DNA of 64,000 nt from the NCBI GenBank assembly GCA_963578805.1, contig CAUZDY010000015.1, forward strand, positions 542 through 64,541, given 5' to 3'. A program made the translations under genes and the position numbers. Numbering within the stretch: position 1 is the stretch's first letter; each line of letters begins with the position of its first letter. The notes beneath the pieces were generated by a model, which saw only the letters and a program-made list of their open reading frames with translations, was not told the DNA's origin and did no database searches. This DNA is from Vicinamibacteria bacterium (GTDB lineage: Bacteria; Acidobacteriota; Vicinamibacteria; Vicinamibacterales; UBA8438). This document shows positions 19,056 to 28,089 of the stretch, one piece after another.

Positions 19056-20768
19056 TCACCAGCTCTCAAGACGGAGCCGCCGGACCGTCACCATCGCCAT
19101 ACTCCCGGGTTGGGCGTTGACGAGTTCAGCTCCTAGCAGCAGCGAATCAGTTGCGGCAAGATCGACCGCTCCGTATCGGTCTGGCTCGACCGATTTGAAC
19201 TCATCAAAAGCGATTCTTACCCGGCGTCGAGTGGTATCGGCGTAAAATGACGACCGCCAGCGCTGCTCCGAGGCTAACGCCCCGGCCCGGAGGTACACAA
19301 AGAGTCGCAGTGGTCGATCGGCGACGACATCAAATGCCACCGCATCGAATGACTCCAGCTCAACACCACGGACCGGTCGCCTCGCCACCGCATATGGACT
19401 GTCCGCCGCCGAGTCGGAGAGCCGATAACGAAACCTCAACTGACGTGACTCGATCATTACCTCCGCGTCGCTGTTTGGATCGTGCTCAACGGACCAAATT
19501 CCACCTCGAGCCCTGGTTCGTCCCATCAGCGACCGCCTCGCGGTTGGTCTACGAGCCGCGACAGAAGGGACAATCGGCGAATTACCCACGGTGATCGGGT
19601 TGCTAACAATCCACGGCACAGGAGACTTCCCTGCCACCCCTCTCACGCGAACCTCCACCCGATAGACCGCCGGTTCTTCTACACGATACCGAAGCTCAGC
19701 ATCGGTAACGGTGTGAACGGTCAAGCCATTGGCCAAGAGCACGATATCGGTGCGCGGTGGTGCCACCGTAGCCGCTCGAAGTTCTACAGCAGTTCCGGTG
19801 GGGACCCTCTCCCCCATCGAATAGTTTTGAGCCGATCCGATCGCCTCAAACTCAAACGCTGCCGGCGAAGCAAGCGCATCGACGACCGTGAACACGCGCC
19901 CGGCACGGATGGCATCCAACAAAAGCTTGGAGTCCTCCTCCGCGTCACCAGTGAACTGACGGCCAACGTCGACACGCAACGAGAAGGTCCGAAGGAGATG
20001 TACGTAATCTGGAAACGTCAATCCAAGTGACACGGGTTGTTTTTCATGGGTTCCGGTCACAACTAGCCCGTGGGCATCGTGGCCCGCCAGTCCGACCGTC
20101 TGACGATCCCAGGATGCTCGATCCCACATAGCCAGAGCATCATCCGGCCGATCTAGCAACGAAGCCAATGTCACAGTGGGTCGGAACGGATATCGCAGAA
20201 CCGTGGTCAATAAATGCACAGTCGATTCGTCCCGCCACTGACTGTCGGCGTTCAGCCATTCGACCGCGTCCACAACCAACTCCGGGTCCCGCCAGTTTAA
20301 ACCGCTCTTCGGTGATGTCGGATGCGCGACCACCCCGAACCCACCCAACCGACGAACGTCCTCGACGACCGTGTCCGGTTCACCGCCTAGCGGATACGGC
20401 GTTTGCGGGAGACCAATGGCGATGTAATGACCACCGGAAGTGCTAATTTCGACACTGTCAAGTGTCAGGACGCCAGACCGATATTGGGGAGGTTCTGGGG
20501 GGCGTGTGCCGTCACCATGATCGGTGACGATCAGGAACTGGAGCCCCGCTTCCCCGGCGGCGCCAGCGACCTCGTCCATCGGTGCTCCGCCATCGGACCG
20601 TGTCGTGTGGACGTGAAAGGCTCCAGCCACCGTTGACTTCGACCCGATCGACGAGTCAGACCGGTCGACCACCCGGGGGTTAGCCGGAAGCGTCAACAGT
20701 ATCCAGGCAATCGCGGCAACGAGCCCACAGACGACCGCCGTCAGGACCGACTTGCCCTGGGTGTCCAT
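19056..20768 (-). CDS. membrane-anchored PHP-domain metal-dependent phosphoesterase (CehA/McbA-like)
   Basis: N-terminal TM segment, then PHP motifs FHVHTTRSDG, LIVTDHGDG, VVAHP. The C-terminal ~350 aa have no motifs I recognise. Confidence 0.6.
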   Translation of the reverse strand: MDTQGKSVLTAVVCGLVAAIAWILLTLPANPRVVDRSDSSIGSKSTVAGAFHVHTTRSDGGAPMDEVAGAAGEAGLQFLIVTDHGDGTRPPEPPQYRSGVLTLDSVEISTSGGHYIAIGLPQTPYPLGGEPDTVVEDVRRLGGFGVVAHPTSPKSGLNWRDPELVVDAVEWLNADSQWRDESTVHLLTTVLRYPFRPTVTLASLLDRPDDALAMWDRASWDRQTVGLAGHDAHGLVVTGTHEKQPVSLGLTFPDYVHLLRTFSLRVDVGRQFTGDAEEDSKLLLDAIRAGRVFTVVDALASPAAFEFEAIGSAQNYSMGERVPTGTAVELRAATVAPPRTDIVLLANGLTVHTVTDAELRYRVEEPAVYRVEVRVRGVAGKSPVPWIVSNPITVGNSPIVPSVAARRPTARRSLMGRTRARGGIWSVEHDPNSDAEVMIESRQLRFRYRLSDSAADSPYAVARRPVRGVELESFDAVAFDVVADRPLRLFVYLRAGALASEQRWRSSFYADTTRRRVRIAFDEFKSVEPDRYGAVDLAATDSLLLGAELVNAQPGSMAMVTVRRLRLESW

Positions 20769-20796
20769 CTCCTGTTCCCTACCACTGAGAGCCAGT

Positions 20797-21948
20797 CTAT
20801 AAGCCGGCCGCGGTCCGGAGCGAGTCAGCTTTGTCGATCTTCTCCCACGTGAACTCCGGCTCGGTTCGACCGAAGTGACCGAACGCGGCGGTCTGGCGAT
20901 AGATCGGTCGTCGAAGATCCAACGATTCGATAATCCCCTTTGGCGTCAACGCGAAGTGCTCCCGCACTAGGTCCGAAATCGTTGCCTCGTCAATACGACC
21001 CGCACCGAACGTTTCCACCAAGACCGACACCGGGTCGGCAACACCGATCGCGTAGGCGAGTTGAACTTGGACCCGATCAGCTAACCCGGCCGCTACGCAA
21101 TTTTTGGCGATATAGCGAGCCATATAGGAAGCCGACCGGTCCACTTTTGTTGGGTCTTTTCCGGAGAAGGCCCCGCCGCCGTGCGGTGCCATGCCACCGT
21201 AGGTATCAACGATGATCTTTCGACCCGTCAGTCCGGAGTCGCCATGCGGGCCACCTGTCACAAAGCGGCCGGTGGGGTTTACATAGATTTTTGTATTGGC
21301 ATCGAGCAGGTCCATGGGCACGATTTTCTTAATGACCTGTGTTGTGATTTCTTCCCGAATCTGTTCGATTGATACGCTCTCACTGTGTTGAGATGAGACG
21401 ACGACAGCGTCGATTCGAATTGGTACATTACCCTCGTATTCAACCGTCACCTGAGATTTTCCGTCTGGGCGCAGATAGTCGAGCTCGCCGGTCCGCCGCG
21501 CCTCGGACAGACCACGCACGAGGCGATGAGAGATCATGATCGGCAGGGGCATCAGTTCCTTCGTCTCGGAGCAGGCATACCCAAACATCAGACCCTGGTC
21601 GCCCGCGCCACCAGGGTCAACCCCCATGGCAATGTCCGGCGACTGTCCGTGCAAAGCGGACAACACAGCGCACGTGTCGGCATCAAAGCCAAACTTGCCG
21701 CGAGTGTACCCAACTTCACGCACCGCCTCGCGTGCGACATCGCTAAAATCACAAGCGTGACTCGAGGTAATTTCACCGGCCAACACGATCAACCCTGTCG
21801 TGAGCAACGTTTCACAGGCGACACGTCCCATCGGATCGCGGCTCAACACGGCATCGAGAACCGCGTCCGACACCTGGTCGGCAATTTTGTCCGGATGGCC
21901 TTCAGTAACGGACTCGGACGTAAATAGATAACGACCTGTACGACGCAT
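20797..21948 (-). CDS. metK: S-adenosylmethionine synthase
   Basis: [45 protein letters not shown] signatures. AAGGAG Shine-Dalgarno upstream. Confidence 0.97.
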   Translation of the reverse strand: MRRTGRYLFTSESVTEGHPDKIADQVSDAVLDAVLSRDPMGRVACETLLTTGLIVLAGEITSSHACDFSDVAREAVREVGYTRGKFGFDADTCAVLSALHGQSPDIAMGVDPGGAGDQGLMFGYACSETKELMPLPIMISHRLVRGLSEARRTGELDYLRPDGKSQVTVEYEGNVPIRIDAVVVSSQHSESVSIEQIREEITTQVIKKIVPMDLLDANTKIYVNPTGRFVTGGPHGDSGLTGRKIIVDTYGGMAPHGGGAFSGKDPTKVDRSASYMARYIAKNCVAAGLADRVQVQLAYAIGVADPVSVLVETFGAGRIDEATISDLVREHFALTPKGIIESLDLRRPIYRQTAAFGHFGRTEPEFTWEKIDKADSLRTAAGL

Positions 21949-22043
21949 GCGAAGAAAGCTCCTTTTAGGTTAAGCGTTTGGGTAGAGCCGTCGACCTAAA
22001 GTCTGTGATGCTCGATATCAGAATGGCCCTGGATCGCAACATT

Positions 22044-22070
22044 AAAAACCGAACCAGGCCCAGATTCCGG
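22044..22070 (-). terminator. weak intrinsic terminator-like hairpin between xerD and metK
   Basis: Minus strand CCGGAATCTGGGCCTGGTTCGG followed by T5. The stem is only about 5-6 bp including wobbles. Confidence 0.3.
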
Positions 22071-22165
22071 GTAACGGTAGCAGAGGTACAACGAACCGGT
22101 CAATTAATCTGGAACCTTAGCGAACTATCCATGTGACCCATTCGTCGCGTTTTACGAGATACTAT

Positions 22166-23053
22166 CTAGGAACGCGGATGAAACTTATCGTAAGCCGCTT
22201 TTAAACGCGCCTCGAGAATATGTGTATAGATCTGGGTCGTCGAGAGGTCCGCGTGACCTAATAGGGTCTGGATCGAGCGGAGATCGGCACCCCGCTCGAG
22301 GAGGTGAGTGGCAAACGAGTGGCGTACGACATGTGGACTTAATTGGTATGGTAGGCCCGCCTGCTTGCCATACTTCTTCAAGATCTTCCAGAAACCTACC
22401 CGGCTAAGTGGTCCTCCGCGTGCGTTGACGAACAGCCATGGCGAGTTAGACTTAGCGAGGATTGGACGTGAAGTACGCTGATACTGACGAATCCATTTCA
22501 CCGCAGAGCGGCCAATCGGAACCAGACGCTCCTTTGATCCCTTCCCCATACACGTGAGATACCCACCTTTCAAATTAAGATCCAGCGGCTTAACGGAAAC
22601 CAGTTCAGACACCCGCATGCCGGTGGCATAGAGTAACTCGAGCAGTGCCCGGTCTCTTAGTCCGATAGCTGTCGAAGGATCAGGCTCATCGAGTAATTGC
22701 TCCACCTGATCACACGAGAGAAACTTTGGAAGACTCGGCCATGCGCGCGGAGCCCTGATCTCGTGGGCTGGGTTCTCCCGAAGATGACCGTCACCAACCA
22801 GGAATCGGAAGAAGCCGCGCAGACACGCCACCGCCCGAGCAACCGAGCGCGGAGATAGACCGGTTGCCATCAGTTGTCGAACGAATACTTCGAGATCCGA
22901 CCGTGTCAGCGTCACGATCCGTCGCCGAGCGGCGAAACGCAACAATCCTTTCAGATCCCGGTGGTAGCTCTCGACCGTGTTCGCCGATAGCCGGCGAACG
23001 CCGCGAAGCTCGTCGAGATACGCGTCCACCAACGCTTTGTTCGGACCAGCCAT
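22166..23053 (-). CDS. xerD: site-specific tyrosine recombinase XerD
   Basis: LLELLYATGMRVSELV, GKGSKERLVPIG, LSPHVVRHSFATHLLERGADLRSIQTLLGHADLSTTQIYTH with catalytic Tyr. Collinear with my recollection of E. coli XerD. Confidence 0.8.
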   Translation of the reverse strand: MAGPNKALVDAYLDELRGVRRLSANTVESYHRDLKGLLRFAARRRIVTLTRSDLEVFVRQLMATGLSPRSVARAVACLRGFFRFLVGDGHLRENPAHEIRAPRAWPSLPKFLSCDQVEQLLDEPDPSTAIGLRDRALLELLYATGMRVSELVSVKPLDLNLKGGYLTCMGKGSKERLVPIGRSAVKWIRQYQRTSRPILAKSNSPWLFVNARGGPLSRVGFWKILKKYGKQAGLPYQLSPHVVRHSFATHLLERGADLRSIQTLLGHADLSTTQIYTHILEARLKAAYDKFHPRS

Positions 23054-23189
23054 AGACTCTACGGTACACGAGGACTCACTGCGGGTACCGGCATTGCATC
23101 CTAAGATCTTGGAGCTGTATACTCATTTTTGAGTCAATTATCACAATTTTCGTCGGCTAACGCGCCACCTGCCACCGGGACGGAGGAGT

Positions 23190-24443
23190 ATGGTTCGACC
23201 GAGACCTCTCAGTGCAGTTTTTGGCTGGCTTTGCCTCTTCCTGTCGCCTGCCTGCGTGAGCCACCAGACCCCCGAGACTGTTCCTGCTCTACCCTCAATA
23301 ACTCCAGGGGATTTGGACACTCAAATCGCGCAATACGTTGGCGTCCAGACGGCATTGGCAGCCGATGACTTTGACGACGCGAAAAGCGCATTTCAACAGC
23401 TGCTACCGATTGCAGACGCCAGGACATCACCATTGATTCGGGCCGCGGCCAGTGCCGGGGACATCGCCACGATGCGCGCTCGCTTCAAACCGCTCTCAGA
23501 GTACCTGGCTGCCCAGGACCTCCCATCGGGCTACGCCCGTGCATATTGTCCGATGTATGACGGTGGCTCGACCTGGGTTCAAACTGATGGTCCGGTCCGT
23601 AATCCGTACTACGGCTCGGTGATGCTCACTTGTGGTGTTGTCGATGCTGCGCCCGGGGCGCACATGGACCACTCACCACGACATGGGGGAACCGTCTTCA
23701 TGGCACCAGACAGTTTCCACCATGTTGAAGGTACGTATCCAGAGGCGGGAATCTTCCGGCTCTACGCCACCGACAACTACCGCAACCCGGTCACGTTGAG
23801 CGAGTGGGGGGGGCGGTTGGTTCTAGAAGAGGAGTACAACGCCGACACCGACGAGTTCACAGAACTTACGGCTTTTAACCTTATTCCTAGCGTGGCAGGA
23901 GAGTATCTTGAGGCGGTGGTGGGAGACCTGGCACCGCCGGCGGAGTTTATTGCCAAAGTAATTTTTGGCGTCGATGGCGAGCAATTTCCGGAAGAGCGCT
24001 TCGACTTTATCTTTTCGGATTACTCCAGCAATACAGCGCCGCCGGCGCTGAGCCTGACAGCTGAAATAACCGAGGCGGCGGTCCCGCTCGCCACCCGTAT
24101 TCAGCCGGAGATTCCAGAGCTTACTATCGAGCTGGTATCTGAGATCGGCGTCCGCGCTCAGCAGCTACAGGAGCTCGTCACCGCCGGACGTTTTACCGAG
24201 ATCTTCGTTCCGGCCCTTCAGGGGAAAGCCCTGGCGCTAGAACTGGACAGACGGTCAGATCTCGAAAACCTGCCAGCGAGACGACAAAACGAATTACGGA
24301 TAGCCGTCCGTCATCTTGTCCGCGCGGCATACCTCCTAGACTGGTATGGCGACCTTGGCAACAAGCAACAGGTCGGTGGTGCCTACGATATTTTTTTTGC
24401 TTCGGTCAACGAGATCGTTCGAGCGTATGAGGGTGCGCCCTGA
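23190..24443 (+). CDS. lipoprotein with N-terminal DUF3347-like domain and an uncharacterised His-rich C-terminal region
   Basis: Lipobox LSPAC. DUF3347-like pattern (QYVGVQTALAADDFDDAKSAF .. RARFKPLSEYL .. AYCPMYDGGSTWVQ..VRNPYYGSVMLTCG). Then HMDHSPRHGG and FHHVEG. GGAGGAG Shine-Dalgarno. Confidence 0.5.
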   Translation: MVRPRPLSAVFGWLCLFLSPACVSHQTPETVPALPSITPGDLDTQIAQYVGVQTALAADDFDDAKSAFQQLLPIADARTSPLIRAAASAGDIATMRARFKPLSEYLAAQDLPSGYARAYCPMYDGGSTWVQTDGPVRNPYYGSVMLTCGVVDAAPGAHMDHSPRHGGTVFMAPDSFHHVEGTYPEAGIFRLYATDNYRNPVTLSEWGGRLVLEEEYNADTDEFTELTAFNLIPSVAGEYLEAVVGDLAPPAEFIAKVIFGVDGEQFPEERFDFIFSDYSSNTAPPALSLTAEITEAAVPLATRIQPEIPELTIELVSEIGVRAQQLQELVTAGRFTEIFVPALQGKALALELDRRSDLENLPARRQNELRIAVRHLVRAAYLLDWYGDLGNKQQVGGAYDIFFASVNEIVRAYEGAP

Positions 24444-24482
24444 CGGTATCGGGGAGCGGACGAAACTTCTGGGGTAGTCGAC

Positions 24483-25715
24483 ATGCAACGGAGATGGTGG
24501 GTGGGCGTTCTAGTTGTGGGTGTTCTCGGCGTGATGGAGTCAAGCCCTCACGGTCACACACCAATCGCATCACGATGGAATTTTAACGAGCACCTCTACC
24601 CGGTGTTCAGAGACCGATGTAGTAGTTGTCACGTAGAGGGTGGCATTGCGCCGATGTCACTGCTTGATTACCGATCGGCATTTCCATGGGCACAATCGAT
24701 CCGAGAAGAAGTTTTGGGTCTGCGCATGCCGCCATGGCAGGCCGAGGATGGATTCGGCGACTTTCAAAACGGTCACGCTCTGACGGCAACCGAGATAGAT
24801 ATGATTCTCGAATGGTCAGCTGGTGGGTACCCGCAAGGTCCTCTGGCCAAGACCCCGATCTCAGTCACCTCGGTCGAGGATTGGACTCTTGGAGAACCCG
24901 ATCTAGTAATTGAGGTTCCGGAGGCCTTTCTGCTCGATGCGGATACGAGTGAGACAGTCCACTATTTCGTAATGCCGTTTGGTCTCAGCGAGGAACGCGT
25001 GCTCATTGGCGCGGAGTTCAAGCCGGATGCACGTGCCGTCGTGCGCGGTGCCGCTATTTTTATCGACTCAACCGGCACGGCCCGCGCCCTCGACAACGCG
25101 GACACTGGCGTAGGCTTTAGCCAGACCGATGAGCACAGATTTCCCGCTGTCCCACCAGTGGCGATCTGGACACCTGGACAGTCGTCGATCCTGAACGAGG
25201 TTGGTGGATATCTCGTGCCGACTGAAGCCGATATTGTGGTGCGGATACACTACAAAAAGACGTGGATCACGGAAGGGGCTGACTTCTCCGATCAGAGTCA
25301 AGTTGGTCTGCATTTCGCTGACGGCGACGCGGCGACCATCGAGTCGATACTCGTGTCATCACCGGGCGTGAACACCGGAGACCCCGTCATGTTCAGTCAC
25401 AATTTCGACACCGATATGACGGTTTTGGCTCTGTTCCCAGAAGTCGACATCGAGTCCTCACAGCTCCAGGTTGAAGGAGTGACACCCGGTGGCGACCGGA
25501 TACCTATGCTCTGGCTGCGCGAGCCGGACGCGGGATGGCCGACCCGCTACTGGTTCAACACGCCCATTGCGTTGCCTGCGGGAAGTCAGATCGAAGTGAG
25601 AGCTGTGCTCGACCCAGCCGCGCAGCGTCTGGAAAAGTCCACATTACTCGGTGATGACACCGCGCCGATCCGTGTCTCCGTTGAGTACGTTAGAGGGCTG
25701 CTGACGGCCGATTGA
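24483..25715 (+). CDS. periplasmic/membrane-anchored protein with one CxxCH heme-c motif (planctomycete-type cytochrome c-like N-domain) and a beta-rich C-terminal domain
   Basis: N-terminal hydrophobic segment. FRDRCSSCHVEGGIAPMSLLDY..RMPPW resembles the PSCyt1-type module often fused to copper monooxygenase-like domains. Confidence 0.5.
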   Translation: MQRRWWVGVLVVGVLGVMESSPHGHTPIASRWNFNEHLYPVFRDRCSSCHVEGGIAPMSLLDYRSAFPWAQSIREEVLGLRMPPWQAEDGFGDFQNGHALTATEIDMILEWSAGGYPQGPLAKTPISVTSVEDWTLGEPDLVIEVPEAFLLDADTSETVHYFVMPFGLSEERVLIGAEFKPDARAVVRGAAIFIDSTGTARALDNADTGVGFSQTDEHRFPAVPPVAIWTPGQSSILNEVGGYLVPTEADIVVRIHYKKTWITEGADFSDQSQVGLHFADGDAATIESILVSSPGVNTGDPVMFSHNFDTDMTVLALFPEVDIESSQLQVEGVTPGGDRIPMLWLREPDAGWPTRYWFNTPIALPAGSQIEVRAVLDPAAQRLEKSTLLGDDTAPIRVSVEYVRGLLTAD

Positions 25716-25751
25716 TTTCGCACCGGCCAAGCCAGGCGTCGAGGTTGGTAG

Positions 25752-26804
25752 TTAGTCGAGTAGGCCGTCTGTCTTCATCAACTCAGCGTTGAGAATTGCG
25801 GCACCCGCGGCCCCTCGAACCGTGTTGTGCCCGAGCACAACCAACTTGTAGTCCAGTAAGTTGCAGGGCCTTAGGCGGCCCACGGTTACCGCCATTCCCC
25901 CTTCCCGATTAACATCGAGTCGAGGTTGCGGTCGGTCGCGAGCGGTCATATAGACGATCGGCTGGGACGGCGCGGTCGGCATTTGCTCGATTTGCGGACG
26001 CCCAACAAACTCGCGAAACGCCGTCAAGATCTCATCGGGTTTCGGCGCTGTGTCAAATCCAACCGACAGCATCTCCGTATGTCCCTCAATTACCGGAACT
26101 CGGGTCGTATGGGCGCTGACCACGACGGGATGGAGTTCCACGTGTCCATCGTTGAGCCGCCCCAGGATTTTCTTGGTCTCGGTCTCGAGTTTTTCTTCTT
26201 CACCCTCTATATAAGGGATTACGTTGCCGACGATATCCATGGACGCGACACCTGGATAACCGGCACCTGAAACAGCCTGGAGTGTGGTCACGTTGACCGT
26301 CTTTAGACCGAACTGGCACAGGGGGGCCAAGGCCATCGTTAACATGATGGTAGAGCAGTTGGGATTTGTCACGATTCGTCCCGGCCATTCTCGCTCCGAC
26401 GCCTGGGTAGTAAGTAATGCCAGGTGATCTGCGTTGATCTCCGGCACGAGAAGCGGGACGTCAGGTTCCATCCGGTGGTTACGTGCGTTACTCACGACAA
26501 TGTGACCCGCTTCGGCAAACACCCCCTCGGCTTCGCCGGCCACGGTCGAATCGAGCCCAGAAAAAACCAGTCGCGGAGCCCGACCCGGTGCAACTAAATC
26601 GACGACCATATCCGACACCTCATCCGGACAGGGTTCCGGCAACCGCCACGCCGTGGCCTCGCCATAGCGCCGCCCCTCCGAGCGATGGCTCGCCGCCACC
26701 CACGTCAATCTAAACCATGGATGTGTGGCTAGCTGGGCGACGAACTCCTGCCCCACCGCTCCCGTGGCTCCGAGCACTCCGACCTCAATCCGCTTCCGCG
26801 CCAT
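25752..26804 (-). CDS. asd: aspartate-semialdehyde dehydrogenase
   Basis: Start moved to ATG 26804 (MARKRIEVGVLGATGAVGQEF Rossmann motif). Active-site NPNCSTI. Overlaps the lysC end by 20 nt. Confidence 0.9.
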   Translation of the reverse strand: MARKRIEVGVLGATGAVGQEFVAQLATHPWFRLTWVAASHRSEGRRYGEATAWRLPEPCPDEVSDMVVDLVAPGRAPRLVFSGLDSTVAGEAEGVFAEAGHIVVSNARNHRMEPDVPLLVPEINADHLALLTTQASEREWPGRIVTNPNCSTIMLTMALAPLCQFGLKTVNVTTLQAVSGAGYPGVASMDIVGNVIPYIEGEEEKLETETKKILGRLNDGHVELHPVVVSAHTTRVPVIEGHTEMLSVGFDTAPKPDEILTAFREFVGRPQIEQMPTAPSQPIVYMTARDRPQPRLDVNREGGMAVTVGRLRPCNLLDYKLVVLGHNTVRGAAGAAILNAELMKTDGLLD

Positions 26805-28089
26805 GTCCAATTCTACGATTACCTTTTGCCTTGGCAGTCTTCTCAGATGGAGGAAAAAACTCGTTGTGCACCGCTCGTACTGCATGGTCGAGATGCTCGG
26901 CACCGATCACGCAGGCGATCTTCATCTCGGAGGAACTAATACAGTCGATGTTGATACCCTCCCGCGCCAGTACGGAGAACATCCTGGCTGCGAGACCAGG
27001 AGTCGATACCAGCCGAGACCCCACGATCGAAATCTTAGCGACATCGTGTTCCACAACCGCGTCTCCGCAGATTTTCTCGCGCTTCCACCGCTCCGTCAGC
27101 CGCGCCGTGGGTTCGCTGTCTGCGTTGTCCAGCACAAATGTAATCCGCCCACGGCCGTCAGAGCTTGCGCTCTGGATAATCAACCGCACGCTGAGGTTCT
27201 CGGCCGCAAGGTCCCCGAATACCCTTGCCGCAAGACCCGGAGAATCGGGGACGTCGAGCAAGGTCACCTTCGCGATTTCCTTCTCGCTGCTAACGCCTAC
27301 GACCGCGGCCTGCTCCATTACCATTTCCTCGCCTTTCCGGATCCATGTCCCATCCGTCGCCTTGAAGCTCGACCGCACGTGGATAGGCACTTGGTATGCC
27401 ATGCACACTTCTGCTGCACGCGGGTGCAACACCTTAGCGCCACTCGACGCCATTTCAATTGCCTCTTCGTAGCTGATCTCAGGCCACATGTGTGCAGAAG
27501 GCACGATGCTCGGGTCGGCCGAGAAAACACCGTCAACGTCGGTGTAGATTTCACACACTTGGGCACCGAGCGCGACGGCCAGGGCCGCCCCGGTGATGTC
27601 GCTCCCTCCCCGCCCGAGCGTCGTGATTTCGTGATCATGGCTGATACCCTGAAAGCCTGTCACAATAACCACTCGGCCGGCCTTCAATTCCTGCATGATT
27701 CTTCGAGTGTCGATCGATTCAATTCTCGCGATATTGAAGGCGCTATCGGTTCGAATCCCGCACTGCGAGGCTGTTAGTGACACGGCTGGAATTCCCAGAT
27801 CCTGCAGGGCAAGGCCGAGCAACGACACCGAGATCTGCTCTCCAGTGGCTAAGAGAAGATCCATCTCTCGCCCTGCTGGATCATGCGTTACAGCGTGGGC
27901 GAGTGCGACCAGCTGGTCAGTGGTCTTTCCCATCGCGGAAAGGACGACGACCACACGAGGAGAATCCTTCAGACATCGCCCCACGCGCTCAGCGATCGCA
28001 CAAATCCGGTCGGTAGTACCGACCGACGTCCCACCGTATTTTTGAACAACAATCGGGACTGACGCCGAATCTGATTGGCCTACGATCAT
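26785..28089 (-). CDS. lysC: aspartate kinase
   Basis: VQKYGGTSVG N-terminus, kinase core, two C-terminal ACT domains. Confidence 0.92.
   Translation of the reverse strand: MIVGQSDSASVPIVVQKYGGTSVGTTDRICAIAERVGRCLKDSPRVVVVLSAMGKTTDQLVALAHAVTHDPAGREMDLLLATGEQISVSLLGLALQDLGIPAVSLTASQCGIRTDSAFNIARIESIDTRRIMQELKAGRVVIVTGFQGISHDHEITTLGRGGSDITGAALAVALGAQVCEIYTDVDGVFSADPSIVPSAHMWPEISYEEAIEMASSGAKVLHPRAAEVCMAYQVPIHVRSSFKATDGTWIRKGEEMVMEQAAVVGVSSEKEIAKVTLLDVPDSPGLAARVFGDLAAENLSVRLIIQSASSDGRGRITFVLDNADSEPTARLTERWKREKICGDAVVEHDVAKISIVGSRLVSTPGLAARMFSVLAREGINIDCISSSEMKIACVIGAEHLDHAVRAVHNEFFPPSEKTAKAKGNRRIGHGAEAD

Noticed and set aside
26717-27777. Long plus-strand ORFs (251 aa and 350 aa) across lysC/asd
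   Set aside because: They are antisense or alternate-frame shadows of the well-supported aspartate kinase gene. Their Arg/Pro/Ser-rich composition is typical of GC-rich shadow ORFs.
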